A stretch of 63,942 nt of DNA, counting the filler, from Pelomyxa schiedti (Eukaryota; Protista; Evosea): assembly GCA_020536535.1 (NCBI GenBank). It is 11 parts of 11 records of this genome, joined end to end, with 100 filler letters (N's around TTAATTAATTAA, not from the genome) between each part and the next. Parts side by side here need not be neighbours in the genome. Positions count along the whole stretch, not along the records: positions 46,185 to 57,431 come from JAHLWZ010001242.1; positions 57,532 to 59,951 come from JAHLWZ010000501.1; positions 60,052 to 61,278 come from JAHLWZ010002676.1; 8 more parts are not named here. One strand, given 5' to 3'. Position numbers and translations under genes: made by a program. The notes beneath the pieces are model-generated. The model worked only from the letters and a program-made list of their open reading frames with translations. It made no database searches and had not been told where the DNA came from. Of this stretch, positions 48,365-61,378 are shown one piece after another; position 1 is the stretch's first letter; each line of letters begins with the position of its first letter.

Positions 48365-50788
48365 TCACACACCATCATTGGTGGTGACAAATGGGGCGAT
48401 TGTGGTGATTGCTTGTGCAGCTGATATTCTCAGTGCCGGTTGTGGGTGCATCATTCCCACCAGAATCCGGGTGAGGCACTTCACTCGCGGGTCAGGTGTA
48501 CTGTTTGCTGTTGCAGTTGATGCTGATGCCGATGTGGCAGGGGTAGGAGTGGAGAAAGGAGGGGGCAGAGGGAATGCTGCAATAAGGGCTTCCGTGGTGA
48601 ACTTGGCCATGTCTCCATTCAGCCTGCTCCCGATGAACTTGTGGGATGGGGGAAGGAGGGCATTCCAGAATGTGAGGGCGATGCTGAATGAGTCACACTT
48701 CGACAGTGAGAACAGCTGTGCGGAACCGCGGGAATTGCTGATGAATTCCATAACCTCTGGTGGAATGGTTCCGAGATTGCCCCATGTGTCGCCGGTGGGT
48801 GTAAGGACTGTTACCATGTTGTTGTTGTTGTGGCCTCGGTTGTCTGGCCCACAGCAATGCTGTGCCATTCCGAAGTCAATAAGTGTGAGCCGGTTGGTTT
48901 GCGGGTCCACAACGATGTTATCTTCCTTGATGTCTCTGGTTTTAAGGTTAGAATTGGAAATGAAGAGGCAATACACCTGTGGGCAATCAAATTTGACTCA
49001 AGGTGGTTTATTGCGGAAAGCTTGGTGGAAGACATTCATAGTGAGAGGGACCAGCTGCTGTGGGTGTAGTGAGGGCAGGAACGAACGCGGGGAACCGGAC
49101 AAGCAAACACCACCACACGGCATGAAGAACACAAATGACTTGTGGTTCTTAGCCCACTCTTCATAAGCTGGCTGGTCATGAATAAGGTCAAGAAATTCTT
49201 GCGGTAAACTTTTTTTTTGGGTTAGTGGTGAGGGGAAGATGGTTGACACACACCTTGGGATAACAAAGGCACCAAGAGGGTGAATGATGTTTCTATGATG
49301 AGGAATCAATGACAGTGTTTTACACTCGGTCATGTATTTGTTCCTCAGCTGCGTTTGTGTGATTCCTTGTTTCCACTAAATTGCACTTTGAATGCTGCGC
49401 CATAAGACCCAGTTCCAAGGAGTTCCTTTACAGTAAGCCGAGATATATCGGCTGGGATCAGTGATGTCATTGTACTGATTGTTTGCTAGTGTTGGTGATT
49501 TCAACAAGTTGGTGAGAAGAACTCATACCTTGTATTGCTTTGACTCCTCCTCCAACTTCTTCTGGGCAGTTCTCAAGTTCTTATTGGCATTTTCACTGTC
49601 TGCTAGGCGAGCATGAAGAAGGCTGTTCTCATCAAGCAACTTGACCCCCAAATTAGTGATAAGTTGCGTCAATTTGGGAGTAACCTTTCGAAAGTGTGCC
49701 TTGATGGCTTTCACAATTTCTTCAATTTCCTTGTCTTCACTTTGTTTGGGAAATGAGCTTTTGGCCGCTGTTGCGATGTTGGGACATAAATCCCTTAACT
49801 CCATCTTGAGGAGTGAAAGCACTTTGGTGAGGTTCAAGCTTGGTTGGATGTGAAGTTGGGGATTTTCCTGTTGTTTCCGTGGTTTCTGCTGTTGCACTTG
49901 AGGTCGTGGTTGAAATTCCTGATGCAGTTGCGGTAGGGGACGGTTTGGTTTAGTGGGTGCCAGTTTTTGGTTTGGTGATGGCGCTTGTGACAGCTGTATT
50001 GGTGCGAGTGCAGCCTACAAGCTCCAAGCTAAATTAGTCACACCCAAGGAAGGATATTTGGACAAGAAGACAAGAACCTGTGTGATCAGTGCTCGGCGGA
50101 TTTCTGGAAGCTCACAAACATCCAGGGCAGTCTCACCTATCGAATTCTTCATACCCAGTATTTTGTTTTAGGGGGGGAAAAAAACAAATCATTTGAAAAG
50201 GTGTAACCTTAATATTCAGATCAAGGTCCTTTTGCCTAAATAGAAGGTCGACAAGGTCCACGTGTCCCTGCCTGCATGCAATATGCAAGGGTGTCTAGAG
50301 AAATATTACAACAAAACTAGTAAAACAAGGAAGCCACACATCTCCCTATTTCGTTTGTGCACAGTCCCAGATGATGAGAAAGCGAGAAAGGCAAAAGTGA
50401 ACATACTATCTGGGGGAGAGGTTACTAATTGAAATGGCCAGGGTGGAAATAGTACTTTCTGCCAAATGAAGTCGTTTCCAAACAGCATAATCAAACAAGG
50501 AAAAAAGTGAGAAATGAAGTACCCATGGTGGTGGAACAACATCATCCGGAACAGCCCCAGCCTGTGGGAAAGAAGAATACACAGGTGATTTAGCAGGCTG
50601 GAGAAGATAAATGAATACCGAACATTAAGAACAGCCCCTCTTTGCAAAAGAGCACTAACACACAAATTGGATCCCAAAAAGGCTGCCACGTGCAGGGCTC
50701 TCTGTTCCCAAATAAGTCATTAAAAAGCTTGGCATACACATACATAACCGTCTGGTTGAGAATTGACGTCGGCTACACTTGTCGACAT
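48365..50788 (-). CDS. Ankyrin-repeat + coiled-coil + protein kinase (possibly disabled)
   Basis: ALHVAA, TPLHIAC, GETALD; LGTGSYG, HRDIKEDN, DFG, IPPE; beta3 lysine region missing with frameshift near 49375. Confidence 0.78.
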
Positions 50789-50929
50789 TCTTAAAAGTGC
50801 CCCCTCATCTTTTGTAAAAGTGGGCCGGGGACCTGACAGCGAGCGAAAAAAAATTTGTTGTACGGGCGGGAGGGGAACGTCCATCAGAATGAAAAGGGAC
50901 AATGGTTTTTGATTGGTTTCTCGGAACAG

Positions 50930-52249
50930 ATGTCCCAGACTCCTGGGGAGGTGGTGGTTGACCAGAGTGTGATAGTCGACGCACGCGCGCAATTCGTGGC
51001 CTTTGCGTGTGCCACTATTGTGGGACGGTGTGGTGTTGCGAGCCCCGCCCGCGTTTTGGCGGGAGCCCAGCCAGTCGTCGAGGACCTGGGCCGGTCGTGG
51101 GTGGCCGGCCCCTCCAGGATTGTGGGATTCACCTCGGTGTTCCAAGACCTGCCGCCGTCCGGACCCATAAGGAAGAAGCTCCACGTGTTCCTGGGCCTAA
51201 GTGCCACGCTCGGAGTGGTGTGGTGCAGGCCACAGACCCACAGCACGTGGTGGCCCGACGACGGCAACGCCATGATCGCCGAGGACGTGCAGGGGAATAT
51301 CGGCGGTGGCATGTTCATCGCCACCAGCTACTACCCCAGCGAACGGAGTGCCACGTGCGTGGTCGACAGCTTCGGGAGGCTGGTGGCCAGGCTGGCGGTC
51401 GGCAGCGGCGACGATGCTTCCGCGATCGTGGATTCGCGCTGGCAATTCGTGTGCAACAGCAAGTGGGTTGTGATGGTGGAAGCTGCTGGTGATACCCAAC
51501 CGAGGCTTACCCTGTGGAATTTGACGCGGTTGTGGTTGGCCACAGCAAGTGCAACAACAACAAGGGCTTCTGGGGGCGATACTATTTGCGGTGGTGCTGT
51601 GGTGAAATGCAATGTCAACACAGTTGTAGGATGGGCTCAGTTCCCGCGGTTCGGGGACCCTTGTGGTGATGAGATTGTGATGGTGGGGAATGACGAGGAA
51701 GTTGGGTGTGTGGTTTCGTTTGTGGACCTGCAGAGGAGCTCTGAAGCTGGAGTGTCAGTTGTGACTAGCAGGTGTGTGATACCACACCCCAACCCAATCG
51801 GACTTGTGTGGGAATCACCTGAGACCCTCCTGACGCTGCACCGGCCTTTTGATTACTGTGTGTACAACGCCAAGACAGAGAATGTGCCAGTGAGGTTTCT
51901 TACAACCAAATACCAGTGCGTCCGCGTTATTCAACCAGCACACATCGGTGCTGTCCTTCGATCCAGGAAGAGATCCAGTGGTGGAGCACGCCAAAAAAGT
52001 GCGGGAGGAGGAAGAGCTTCTTCCTGCCTCACAGAGATTTACAGTGCCTCTAACTTGAATAACCCAGTTTCGGTTGTTGGTGCAGAGGTTACATCAAAAC
52101 TGGCCACCCACAAGGGAGTATTCACAGTGGAAAAAACCACTGTTGGAACCAAGGTGCGGGCCTCAGTCTCTGTTCACGATGCCATCACAGGAATCTGCCT
52201 GGCCACTCTCACTGTCACATGGCCAAAAAACCAAACTAAACTTGGATAG
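50930..52249 (+). CDS. ARxQ/RCG family protein
   Basis: VDARAQFVAFA..GRCGVASPAR, SATLGVV, CNSKWVV, FVDL, HDAITG; intronless. Confidence 0.88.
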   Translation: MSQTPGEVVVDQSVIVDARAQFVAFACATIVGRCGVASPARVLAGAQPVVEDLGRSWVAGPSRIVGFTSVFQDLPPSGPIRKKLHVFLGLSATLGVVWCRPQTHSTWWPDDGNAMIAEDVQGNIGGGMFIATSYYPSERSATCVVDSFGRLVARLAVGSGDDASAIVDSRWQFVCNSKWVVMVEAAGDTQPRLTLWNLTRLWLATASATTTRASGGDTICGGAVVKCNVNTVVGWAQFPRFGDPCGDEIVMVGNDEEVGCVVSFVDLQRSSEAGVSVVTSRCVIPHPNPIGLVWESPETLLTLHRPFDYCVYNAKTENVPVRFLTTKYQCVRVIQPAHIGAVLRSRKRSSGGARQKSAGGGRASSCLTEIYSASNLNNPVSVVGAEVTSKLATHKGVFTVEKTTVGTKVRASVSVHDAITGICLATLTVTWPKNQTKLG

Positions 52250-52519
52250 ATCTAAACAAATAAAATTTAAATTTAGAAAGATAAAGACAAGAACTTGGAT
52301 AGATGATGCGCTGTTGAGCCTACCCTCGATCATGGCCTTGAGCTGGCCAATCGTTGTCCACCCAACCTCAAAGTTGTGTGGCCACACCGTTCATCTTGTT
52401 GATTATCACTCACTCTTGGTACCAACCCTGTTGTGGTGTTGTTGTATGGGTGTTTGTTTTCTTCAACCTGTTATCTTGTTAATAGTGTAATGCGTTATGG
52501 TTGTGCATGATGTCAGGAC

Positions 52520-53208
52520 TCAGGAGTCCTTGCCAGTTGGTGTTGTAAAACACAGGTGGGATGCACTGGGTGCGAGATCAACAAGAAGTGGAAGGAGCTT
52601 AGCGGGGTTTGAGCATGTGAAACCAACCCTCACTTTCGAGCCCTTGACCTCCAACACAATTTGGTTCTCGGCTTCGTGCCCGAACTGCCTGGCTCCTACG
52701 GCCCACCAGATGTTCGATAGTCCCATCCCTGTGCAATCATTTAGCATACACACGATAACTTAATAATGGTAGGTACACTGTGTACAACAAAAACGCGTGC
52801 ACAGGAGGGAGTAAGTACGGCGAATTAATTCAGTAACACACGCGCACACACAGAACACTAACCCCAGTTCTTGTAGGCCAGACCGCTGAGGTTCAAGTCC
52901 TTTGCGGTGTTGAATGAGCTTATCCTGTGGTACTGTATGTGCTTTCCCTTTCCAGGGAAGTAGTAGCTCTTGACGCTCAACGCACGAGCACCGGCCACGC
53001 AGTAGCCGTCCTCGTACATCGCCCCGCCGCCGTCGCCGCCGCCACTCGGCGCCATCATCAGCTTCGTCTCGCCCCCGTCATTCGATTTCGTCGACGCTGA
53101 CGGGTGTTTGGCATCATCATCATCATCATCGCTACCGCCGTCGTCATCACTTGAAGGAGGGTGTTCAGACATGGCCTCCTCGTAGGTTGGTGGTGGTGCC
53201 GTTGACAT
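52520..53208 (-). CDS. Small PH-like domain protein with N-terminal PPxY motif (2 exons)
   Basis: PPPTYEEA; YYFP..K.I.Y; splice joins KNWG/MGLSNIWW across ~135-nt intron. Confidence 0.65.
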
Positions 53209-53285
53209 TTAAATTTCAGCAACAGTTGGTAACGATGACACTAGGCATGCCTATGATGATAGATGATCGATCGACGGAGGTTCTA

Positions 53286-55089
53286 TGACTGAGGTGAGAG
53301 AGCGCATGCGTACTTCCTAACTGGTGACGGAGAACCTACGTCTGAGCAGAAAAAGATGTTTCTTCCGGGGAACACTCCGTTGATTCTGAATAAAAGAGGT
53401 TCCAGCCGGGCAGATTCCTGAGATGTCTCGCTTCTGCGAAGGCATCTTTTGGAGACCTCGAGTAAATCCTAGGATTTTAATAATCTTTGCAATCAGCCAG
53501 AATGACTGCCACGAGGGGTACCACCGAACCAGCCAAGGAGCTGGAACTATGTGTGGACACTGATGTGTTGTACCTGAGGCATTCTTACACTGTAACACAT
53601 CAGTTTTTATTGAGCACTGCGTCGAGACCTGCGAAAAAAAACAATTTTGCACACACGCCATCAAAAGCGAATATTGTCTCATAGATGCATCATTGTATTG
53701 TAGATGAGGCTGATTGTGGATGCGAAGTGGAGGCAATCGTCGGGAATATCGCACACAGAGCTGTCAAACCACGTTCTCTGTGGATCATGGGTGAAATGGG
53801 GGCTCAGATCAGGTTCGTCGATTTGAAAACAACACACAAACACACAATTTGAAGCCAAATTAACAAGCAAACACAAACACACACCCCAAGTTAACCCCAA
53901 ACTCGAAATCCATCATCTTATCGCGCCCCCGTTAAACAAACATTAAATTCAGAGGCACGATGTTCAATGTGCGCTGGGAAAAACGGGGAACCAGTGGAAA
54001 CGACTCTGTGGAGCCTGCCTGATTTGACAGCCAGTTTTGATGTGCATTCGCACTCAAAGGAGGTCATTGCATTCCACGTCACCCCCAAGTGCTCTTCCAC
54101 AAGGTACGGGCGGTTCTTGCTTGCTTCTTCCTTGTTAACTCAACTTTGACGCAGATCACACATCAAGTCCAAGATTATCCTCCTCGTGTCCACCATCCCT
54201 GGTGTTGAACCTTTTGCATCAAATTCCATCTCGCTGTGCTCAAGAGATCGCAGCAGACGCCACCAGTTGCACAAGATTCAACCACTAGGATCACCTGAGC
54301 TAATTCCACCACCCGCGGTCGTGATAGGAAACCAACCGAGGGAGAAGAACCATGTGCACGTCCCTTCGACAACTCCCCAAGGCACCGCTGATTGCCCCAC
54401 CTCCCAAAGCAAGCGAAAACCGGACTCCTGTGCCCAACAGCAGCGTGTTGAAGACGACTCCAGAAGCCTTGTACATACTAAAAGCTCAATGGAGTTTATC
54501 TCCTTCCAAACCACGTCAAATAGGCAGTGCATTGTGGACAGTCGTTCTGATCTGGGGAAGTGTACGTGTTTCTCTTTGAAAGCAAAAAAAAAAAGAAAAA
54601 CCCTCTAACTCCTGGTCTACAGTTCCTGAATCGATGATTGCCGGAATCCCAGAACGAATTTTTCGTAGTAAGTACTTACTAGTGGTTGTGATATCCATGT
54701 ATGATGTGCAACTTCTCGTTTCTCACCTCCGATTAACAGGGCCGGTGATTTTTATTTCCATTTTGGCAATAAAAGAAGAGAACTTCATTACTCTTATAAA
54801 CTCCATGATTGCACTGCAGCCGACATACGGTTTTACCCTCCAGTACGGCAAAATTGCCAGTTTCGTACCTGAACTCTTATTTTATCTTCATTGTGATAAT
54901 ACCTCCTCAGATGATCTGTTTGTAATAAGCGCTGGCCACAAGAACGTGGAGAGCTTCTGCTATGGAACTGTGACGCGGTCCGGGTTTCTCACAGGAAACA
55001 ACCCATTCCACGTGGACCTCACACACCCAAACCCAATCGTGAAATTCCTTGGCTGGGCCAACAACACATTCTCCCAGCTCCAGTTCTGA
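53286..55089 (+). CDS. Multi-exon hypothetical protein, possibly CudA-like DNA-binding
   Basis: Exon-like ORFs separated by short GT-AG introns; C-M-C and PKCSSTRSH motif; start uncertain. Confidence 0.45.
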
Positions 55090-55247
55090 AGTCACGTCTG
55101 TCTGTAAAAAAAGTATTAATATAACAATTTGACTTGAGGCACCTTGTTGTTGTGATTGATCCAATCAATCAGGAATGTTGAACCCCAAACAACCAAGTCC
55201 TATCATCAAAGGACATTCTTCGTTGAATCGATCGAAACAGCTTTTCG

Positions 55248-56606
55248 ATGCGCAAAGCCGATTGTGTGCAGAGTAGAACAAAGAAAGACAACCAGGGAAC
55301 TGATGCCAACTCCACAGGCTCCAAATCAATCTCGGGCGGCGACGAGCCACCCCCCGAGAACAACTGGTCGTTTGAAACCGACGAGGGGTGGACCCGAAAC
55401 GCGATTATGGTGCTGCTGGCGGGCAGCCACCCGCGGTGCGGGGCGGGGAGCCCGGCCCGGCCCCTGTGCGCGTGCCCCCACCTCGTGCGGCTCGTCGTGG
55501 GCCGCTGGCTCGCCGCCGTCGCCGGCCCACGCGCCGTCCTCGTGCTCGAGTTTGGCGCCCAGAGATCCCCCGGGATTCCACGCGGGATTTCGAGGTTCCC
55601 GCCCCCAAGGAAAGAGACAGTTGCATTCATTGCTGAGGTTGGTTGCTGTGGTTCTGGCTGTGTGGGTGTGATTGATGGGTGTGGGCCAAGGGTGTGCCAG
55701 CCAGAGTGCAAGTGGATTGATGCCAGGATGCAGTGGAGCTGTGTGGGGTACATGGGGGAGGCGTCTGTGGTGGACAGTGTGACTGGGAGGAAGGTGGGTT
55801 TGGGTGTGTGGGGGATTGTGAGTGCGGAGTGCAATGGGCACTGGGCTGTGATGAGGTCTGTGTGGGGGAGGGCGTGGGTGTGGCCGGCAAGGGTGAGGTT
55901 CTGCTCGGATGGTGATCACGTGGTGTTCACTGGGGAGAGTGTGGAGGTCAGCGGGATGGGACCACAGGAGTTTGTGAGTAGTGAGAGGTTCGTGAGTGAG
56001 AATGTAATGTCTGTGGTGTCCAGGGTCATTGGAGTGAGCTTGATATGCAAGCTGGTTGATGTTCAGAAGTCGTTTGCGGCTCACCACTGGGTTATACTTG
56101 ATTCCATGACTGTTTTGGAGGATTCAGACACGGATATAAAACAGGTGTCCTGGTGCTGGGAAAAAAGAGTAAGTGTTGGGGTGAAGGCTCACAAGAGGTC
56201 CTGGGAAAATATTCTGTTCACCACAGACCCATCAGGAGCAATCCACACCATTCCCACTGACCCCAAGTCAACAATCACCATTCTAGACTCATTCCTTGTG
56301 ATTCAAGCACCACCAACAGATCATCCAGTGCAAAAATTGGAAGTGTGGAGCTTCAAGGATTTGATAACCCCACACTGTGTGCTGGAAATAGAAAGAGGGG
56401 CTGTTGTGACAAGTGCAGGTGATTTCCTTGCCATCGCAACTTCATCACCAAGTGACAATCAGCCTCAGACACAGGACCAGGCCTGCACAGCCGTGCAACT
56501 CTTTGACGTGAGTTGTGGGAGGAAATTGTTCACCATTCATGCACTCAACGGTTACTACCTGTCACCTTGTACCTGGTTCCACAAGTGTTCTGTCTCATTT
56601 TGCTAA
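55248..56606 (+). CDS. ARxQ/RCG family-related protein
   Basis: LLAGSHPRCGAGSPARPL, CNGHWAV, LVDV, FDVSCG; intronless 452 aa. Confidence 0.82.
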   Translation: MRKADCVQSRTKKDNQGTDANSTGSKSISGGDEPPPENNWSFETDEGWTRNAIMVLLAGSHPRCGAGSPARPLCACPHLVRLVVGRWLAAVAGPRAVLVLEFGAQRSPGIPRGISRFPPPRKETVAFIAEVGCCGSGCVGVIDGCGPRVCQPECKWIDARMQWSCVGYMGEASVVDSVTGRKVGLGVWGIVSAECNGHWAVMRSVWGRAWVWPARVRFCSDGDHVVFTGESVEVSGMGPQEFVSSERFVSENVMSVVSRVIGVSLICKLVDVQKSFAAHHWVILDSMTVLEDSDTDIKQVSWCWEKRVSVGVKAHKRSWENILFTTDPSGAIHTIPTDPKSTITILDSFLVIQAPPTDHPVQKLEVWSFKDLITPHCVLEIERGAVVTSAGDFLAIATSSPSDNQPQTQDQACTAVQLFDVSCGRKLFTIHALNGYYLSPCTWFHKCSVSFC

Positions 56607-56992
56607 ACTCTAATTCTCTTTTTATTCACTCTTCGGTTTTTTTTTTTGTTATTGGTTTTGTTCGTTTCTTGTCCCAGATGCACGGGTTTGAAGCTGAATG
56701 GGTTAGTTAAACCATCAGATGGAAAGTTTCAGAGAAATGGGTCCCACAAGCGAACTGCGCGATATGGCTCACAAAGAAGCAAAGGCCGAGTGTTTACTAT
56801 GGACACAGTGCTCATTACCCTTGAGCAATCACTTTTGTTTTTCGTGAAAGTGTCAAACATACGTTTCTTTACACAGTGGTTGCCGGGCGTGGCAAATGCT
56901 GCGTGTGCACAAATCGATAAAAGATCCCTTGTGGGCAAGATACGGCAACCGACCGTGACAAGGAAGATCTGGGGCCTCAAATTGCAACAACA

Positions 56993-57431
56993 ATGCGCAA
57001 GCAACAACAACAAGCAGTGCCGCAATCAAACGGGGGTGTGCTGAGTTACAAAGATGCGGCAATGCGAGGACTGAAACTGTCGTCACAGAAAGAGGTGCAG
57101 GAGGAAGTTGTGCGGGGTCACAGGAGCGATGATGATGTTGCCTCGATCGTGGGAGATGCGATTAAGAACTTGCGGCGCTCTGCCGATGATGCTGAAAAGG
57201 TTCGCTGCCTTCTTTGTTTGCTTTCTTTTAATTTGCTCCTCCAATGTGATGTGGAGGAACAGCGTGCTGATGAAGTAACGGCTGAAATTGATGGCACTTT
57301 GACCACGCTCAGAGCGGAAATGGTGGCGATGGTTGACAGAAAGGCTGCTGAACTGAAAGCTGAAGTGCGGAAGAACCTCATGGTTTGCATTTTTTCTAGA
57401 AACCAACAAACCAAACCTCCTTCAACAGAGT
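56993..57431 (+). CDS. Coiled-coil hypothetical protein, partial
   Basis: Heptad-rich helical ORF running into contig end. Confidence 0.45.
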
Positions 57432-57531
57432 NNNNNNNNNNNNNNNNNNNNNNNNNNNNNNNNNNNNNNNNNNNNTTAATTAATTAANNNNNNNNNNNNN
57501 NNNNNNNNNNNNNNNNNNNNNNNNNNNNNNN

Positions 57532-57643
57532 GCGGCGGTTGTTGGGTGTTGTTGCTGTGGAGGGTGTTACGTTGGGCTGTAGTAAGGCGTCGCCTCTGTT
57601 GGCGCTTGGAGCCGGACCCTCGAGACGTGCCCTTTGATGACAT
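57532..57643 (-). CDS. 5' end of tandem paralog of 57710-59712
   Basis: MSSKG...SKRQQRRRLTTAQR vs MSSKDG..SKREQRRRLATAQR. Confidence 0.75.
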
Positions 57644-57709
57644 GACGAAACGAGTTCCCCGAAAATGATTTTGAAATGAATTTGGTGATGGGTGGTGCAT
57701 TTTTCACTG

Positions 57710-59712
57710 TTACCCTAGTTGTTTTCTGGGGTGACCCCAGGAGACCACACATGAAGTCCAGGAACCCAGGCTCCTGAAGTGTCTTCTTCCCTGTGTTTTT
57801 TTGAATCCGATTTTTTTGTTTTTTTGAGTGTGGTGGCAATACCTGGGCAACTCGAGAGTGAGAACAGTGAGTTCGGATCTTGCATCAATCACATACAACT
57901 TACGGTCAACCCAGTGAAACAGGAATCCGTAAAGTGCCTCAACCTTCCTCATCTGGTTCCTCTTCACTACTGCTGCAGCACTTGGAGGTACCCCCGCGCC
58001 TGGCAGAACAAACTGCGTGGCCAGATGTATCACTTTGAGTGGCTTGGATGTGTCGTTGCAATCCCAGACTTCAAACAAGTGCGAGGTTGCTGCAGAACAA
58101 GGCGAATACAGCCCAAACAGTGAGTCACTGATCGTGACCAAGTCAGTGCCCATCGTGTTGATATTCTTGATCCTGTTGCTCCTTGAGGCAGAGTGACCCT
58201 CAGGAACCTCGATGAACTTGTTCTGCGTGTCAGGCCTGTCGGTTCCCACAATCAAGATGCACTCGCCGCCCCGCTTCCTCAGTCTCGCCACCGTTTCCAG
58301 CGGGAACCCATGAGGCAGCCCAAAGCACGTGGAGTGCTCCGACACGAGCACGCCGGCCGCGGCCGACTCGGCCGGCGAAAAGGCACAGCAGCAGAACATG
58401 ATGTCCCCGCTGCCGTCGTCCNNNNNNNNNNNNNNNNNNNNNNNNNNNNNNNNNNNNNNNNNNNNNNNNNNNNNNNNNNNNNNNNNNNNNNNNNNNNNNN
58501 NNNNNNNNNNNNNNNNNNNNNCGGGAACCCATGAGGCAGCCCAAAGCACGTGGAGTGCTCCGACACGAGCACGCCGGCCGCGGCCGACTCGGCCGGCGAA
58601 AAGGCACAGCAGCAGAACATGATGTCCCCGCTGCCGTCGTCCTTGATGTAGGTGACCATCGGCTCCCCGAGGAAGAAGTCGAGCCTCAGGATGCAGTTGT
58701 CACCCAGCGTGACCAGGCCGGGGTGGATCTGCCTCTTGGTGGCCCACCGGGGCTCCAGCCTCTCCCGGTTGATGTCGACGACGCCGATGGTGTGCCACCC
58801 AGCAGCGAGGACGACCCAGTCGTTGTTGGCCACCAGGTGCGAGATGTTAGTTGTGGGAATGGAGGACTCGTCGCAGATCGTCATCTGCCTGCGGCCGCGG
58901 CCGAGGTTGACGTCGCAGAGCACGACGGTCGGCGGCTCTATCATGCCCACGCTGCGGCCCATGTCCACCTTGATGGCGCTGTCGTCCACGAGGTCCAGCG
59001 GGAGGCGGACGACGCCGAGGGTGAGGGCGGAGATCTGGAACAGGGATAGGTTCCCCATGAACCTCTCTGCCTGCCCAATCACGGCTTGCTTTTGGGATTG
59101 TGGGATGTGCGACTCGTTGTCGGCCTCGTCCCCCGGGATCTTCCACACGGAGACGCTGAAGGTCAGGTGGGTGCCCTGGATCCAGTCGACCCACAATCGC
59201 CCGAACAGGTGGCCCGTTATGGTGGACATAAGCCTCGCCGCGCTTCGGGACCCGCAGCGTGGGTTACACGCCGCGGCCAGCGCGAGATACTGGCGACGCG
59301 CGTCGATGAGGACCGACGGCTGGAACTTGGCGCAGTTGCCGTCCGGCCCAAACGTCGAGATCGACCTCGGGGGCGGCAGATCGGCGCCGCTGGCCTGCAT
59401 CATCGAGTACACGGCCATGAAGTCGTCGACCGAGGGAGCAAAGCCTTCTGGTAAACAATCCGCCAGGAAGTTCAGCGGTGGGTGTGGAACTTCTTGTTGG
59501 TCGTGGTCGTGGTGGTGCTGCCGATTACGGTGGCGTTGTTGTTGTTGCTGTTGCGGTTGCGGCTGTTGTGTATGTGCCTGTTGTTGTGACTGCGGTTGTT
59601 GTTGGGTTTGTTGCTGTTGTTGTGTGTTGGTGTTGCGGAGTGCATCGCGTTGGGCGGTTGCCAGGCGTCGCCTCTGTTCGCGCTTGGAAGTCGACCCATC
59701 CTTGGACGACAT
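57710..59712 (-). CDS. ARxQ/RCG family protein with polyQ N-terminal extension
   Basis: IDARRQYLALAAACNPRCGSRSAAR, LTLGVV, ANNDWVV; 3' end uncertain. Confidence 0.82.
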
Positions 59713-60051
59713 TTGGGACTCACACTAAAAAATTCGTTTTGATGAATCAGAGTGTTGTTCTCAGTCAGGGGTGGATGGAAAAATCTGCTCTTTTGGATTT
59801 AGCTGGCCCAAAGGGTGGACCAGAAAATGCGCTTGGTCCTGCAGCAGTCTCTGTGCCCTGAAGGGAGAAAGGAATTTTTTTTGCCCAAAAGTGCCCTGGT
59901 CCAGAAAAAAAAAAATCCGGTCCGGAAAAATAATTCTTTTTTTCTGTGAAANNNNNNNNNNNNNNNNNNNNNNNNNNNNNNNNNNNNNNNNNNNNTTAAT
60001 TAATTAANNNNNNNNNNNNNNNNNNNNNNNNNNNNNNNNNNNNNNNNNNNN

Positions 60052-60790
60052 ATATTATAGCAATCAACATAGAGCGTGGCGTTGACCCACATTGATCCGC
60101 AAGCTTGATGTGGGACAGAAAGAGCCTCATCAATAACCAGATTCTGGGTCCTAAAAGTCTTCTCCAAGTCAATAAGGAAAACTACTGGCTGGTCTTCTTT
60201 GCTGGCAGTGCAGTTTTGTCTGTAGAATGTCTTCATAACCAGAGCAGCCTTGTCTTTGTCAAATGGTGACAGGTTTCCTGTCACCTGACCCACCATGCTT
60301 TTGTGTAACTCCACACTCACTTCATCACGCTCATCCTGTGTCAAACACCTATCAACCAGCTTCCACAAATGAACCCGGCAATAACCATCCCCCATTACTA
60401 GCAGAACCAGCCACTTGGAGTTCATTCCAATGAAGGTGACAATGTGATTGGGTGACAGTGTCCTCAGAATTTTCCCAGTCCTGTCGGTGACAACCGCACC
60501 ATCAGGCATACCCACGACAAGGAATGTGTTGCTGTTGCCGCCAAACGCGGCCATTATCAGACAACTGCGGGCTGGAGGTGGGCACTGGAATGCGCCGCAG
60601 TCAACGATGCCCAGTGTTGGTGACACAAATGCCCACAGGTGCACATTCCTGGCGTAGTTCCCACACCACTTTGTGTTGGCCCTCAGGGTGAATACCCTCC
60701 TTGATTCCACTGCCATCACCCATCTTTTGCCGAATTCTACAAGCAACGTCGGAATTGATGCCAAGTTACAAATTGGTGGCCGTGGTGGTG
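60052..60790 (-). pseudogene. ARxQ/RCG family member lacking the RCG segment, partial
   Basis: EFGKRWV, VSPTLGIV, MNSKWLV, LIDLEKT; upstream 'HQFV' lies in another frame. Confidence 0.65.
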
Positions 60791-61378
60791 ATTCTCGTTC
60801 CCGCTCACAATGCTCCCTGTGGCGTTGAACTTACAAGTGTGTTGTTGACAGTTTTTCAAACCTATTGAAGGGTAAAAGACAACAAGCGACGGCAATAAAT
60901 TGGTCCTTGGCCCGAAACAACACGTTTGACCTTGCCCCATCACCACACGATGGTTTTATGAGAAAACGAAGAAAAAAAGAGCGCATCAGCTAATCAATAA
61001 AACAACACTATGTGCATGATTTGTTTCTGGTTCTTCTTTTGAAACTCATCCAGTACCGTATCCAGTTCACTCTCCCAGTCTGCTCCCCTCTGCTCCAACT
61101 GCAAGAGAAAAAAAAAGTTCAAAGTTAGAGGCTGTTGATGAAGAGAAAAAGTTTTCGATCCACAGCAGGGAACAAACACACGAACACACAGACGCACCAT
61201 TTGTATGAGCTGAAGTGCAACGGCAGCACCGATTGTTGCCTCCTCGTGTGTGTCTTTGATGGGCACGTTGAACACGTGNNNNNNNNNNNNNNNNNNNNNN
61301 NNNNNNNNNNNNNNNNNNNNNNTTAATTAATTAANNNNNNNNNNNNNNNNNNNNNNNNNNNNNNNNNNNNNNNNNNNN

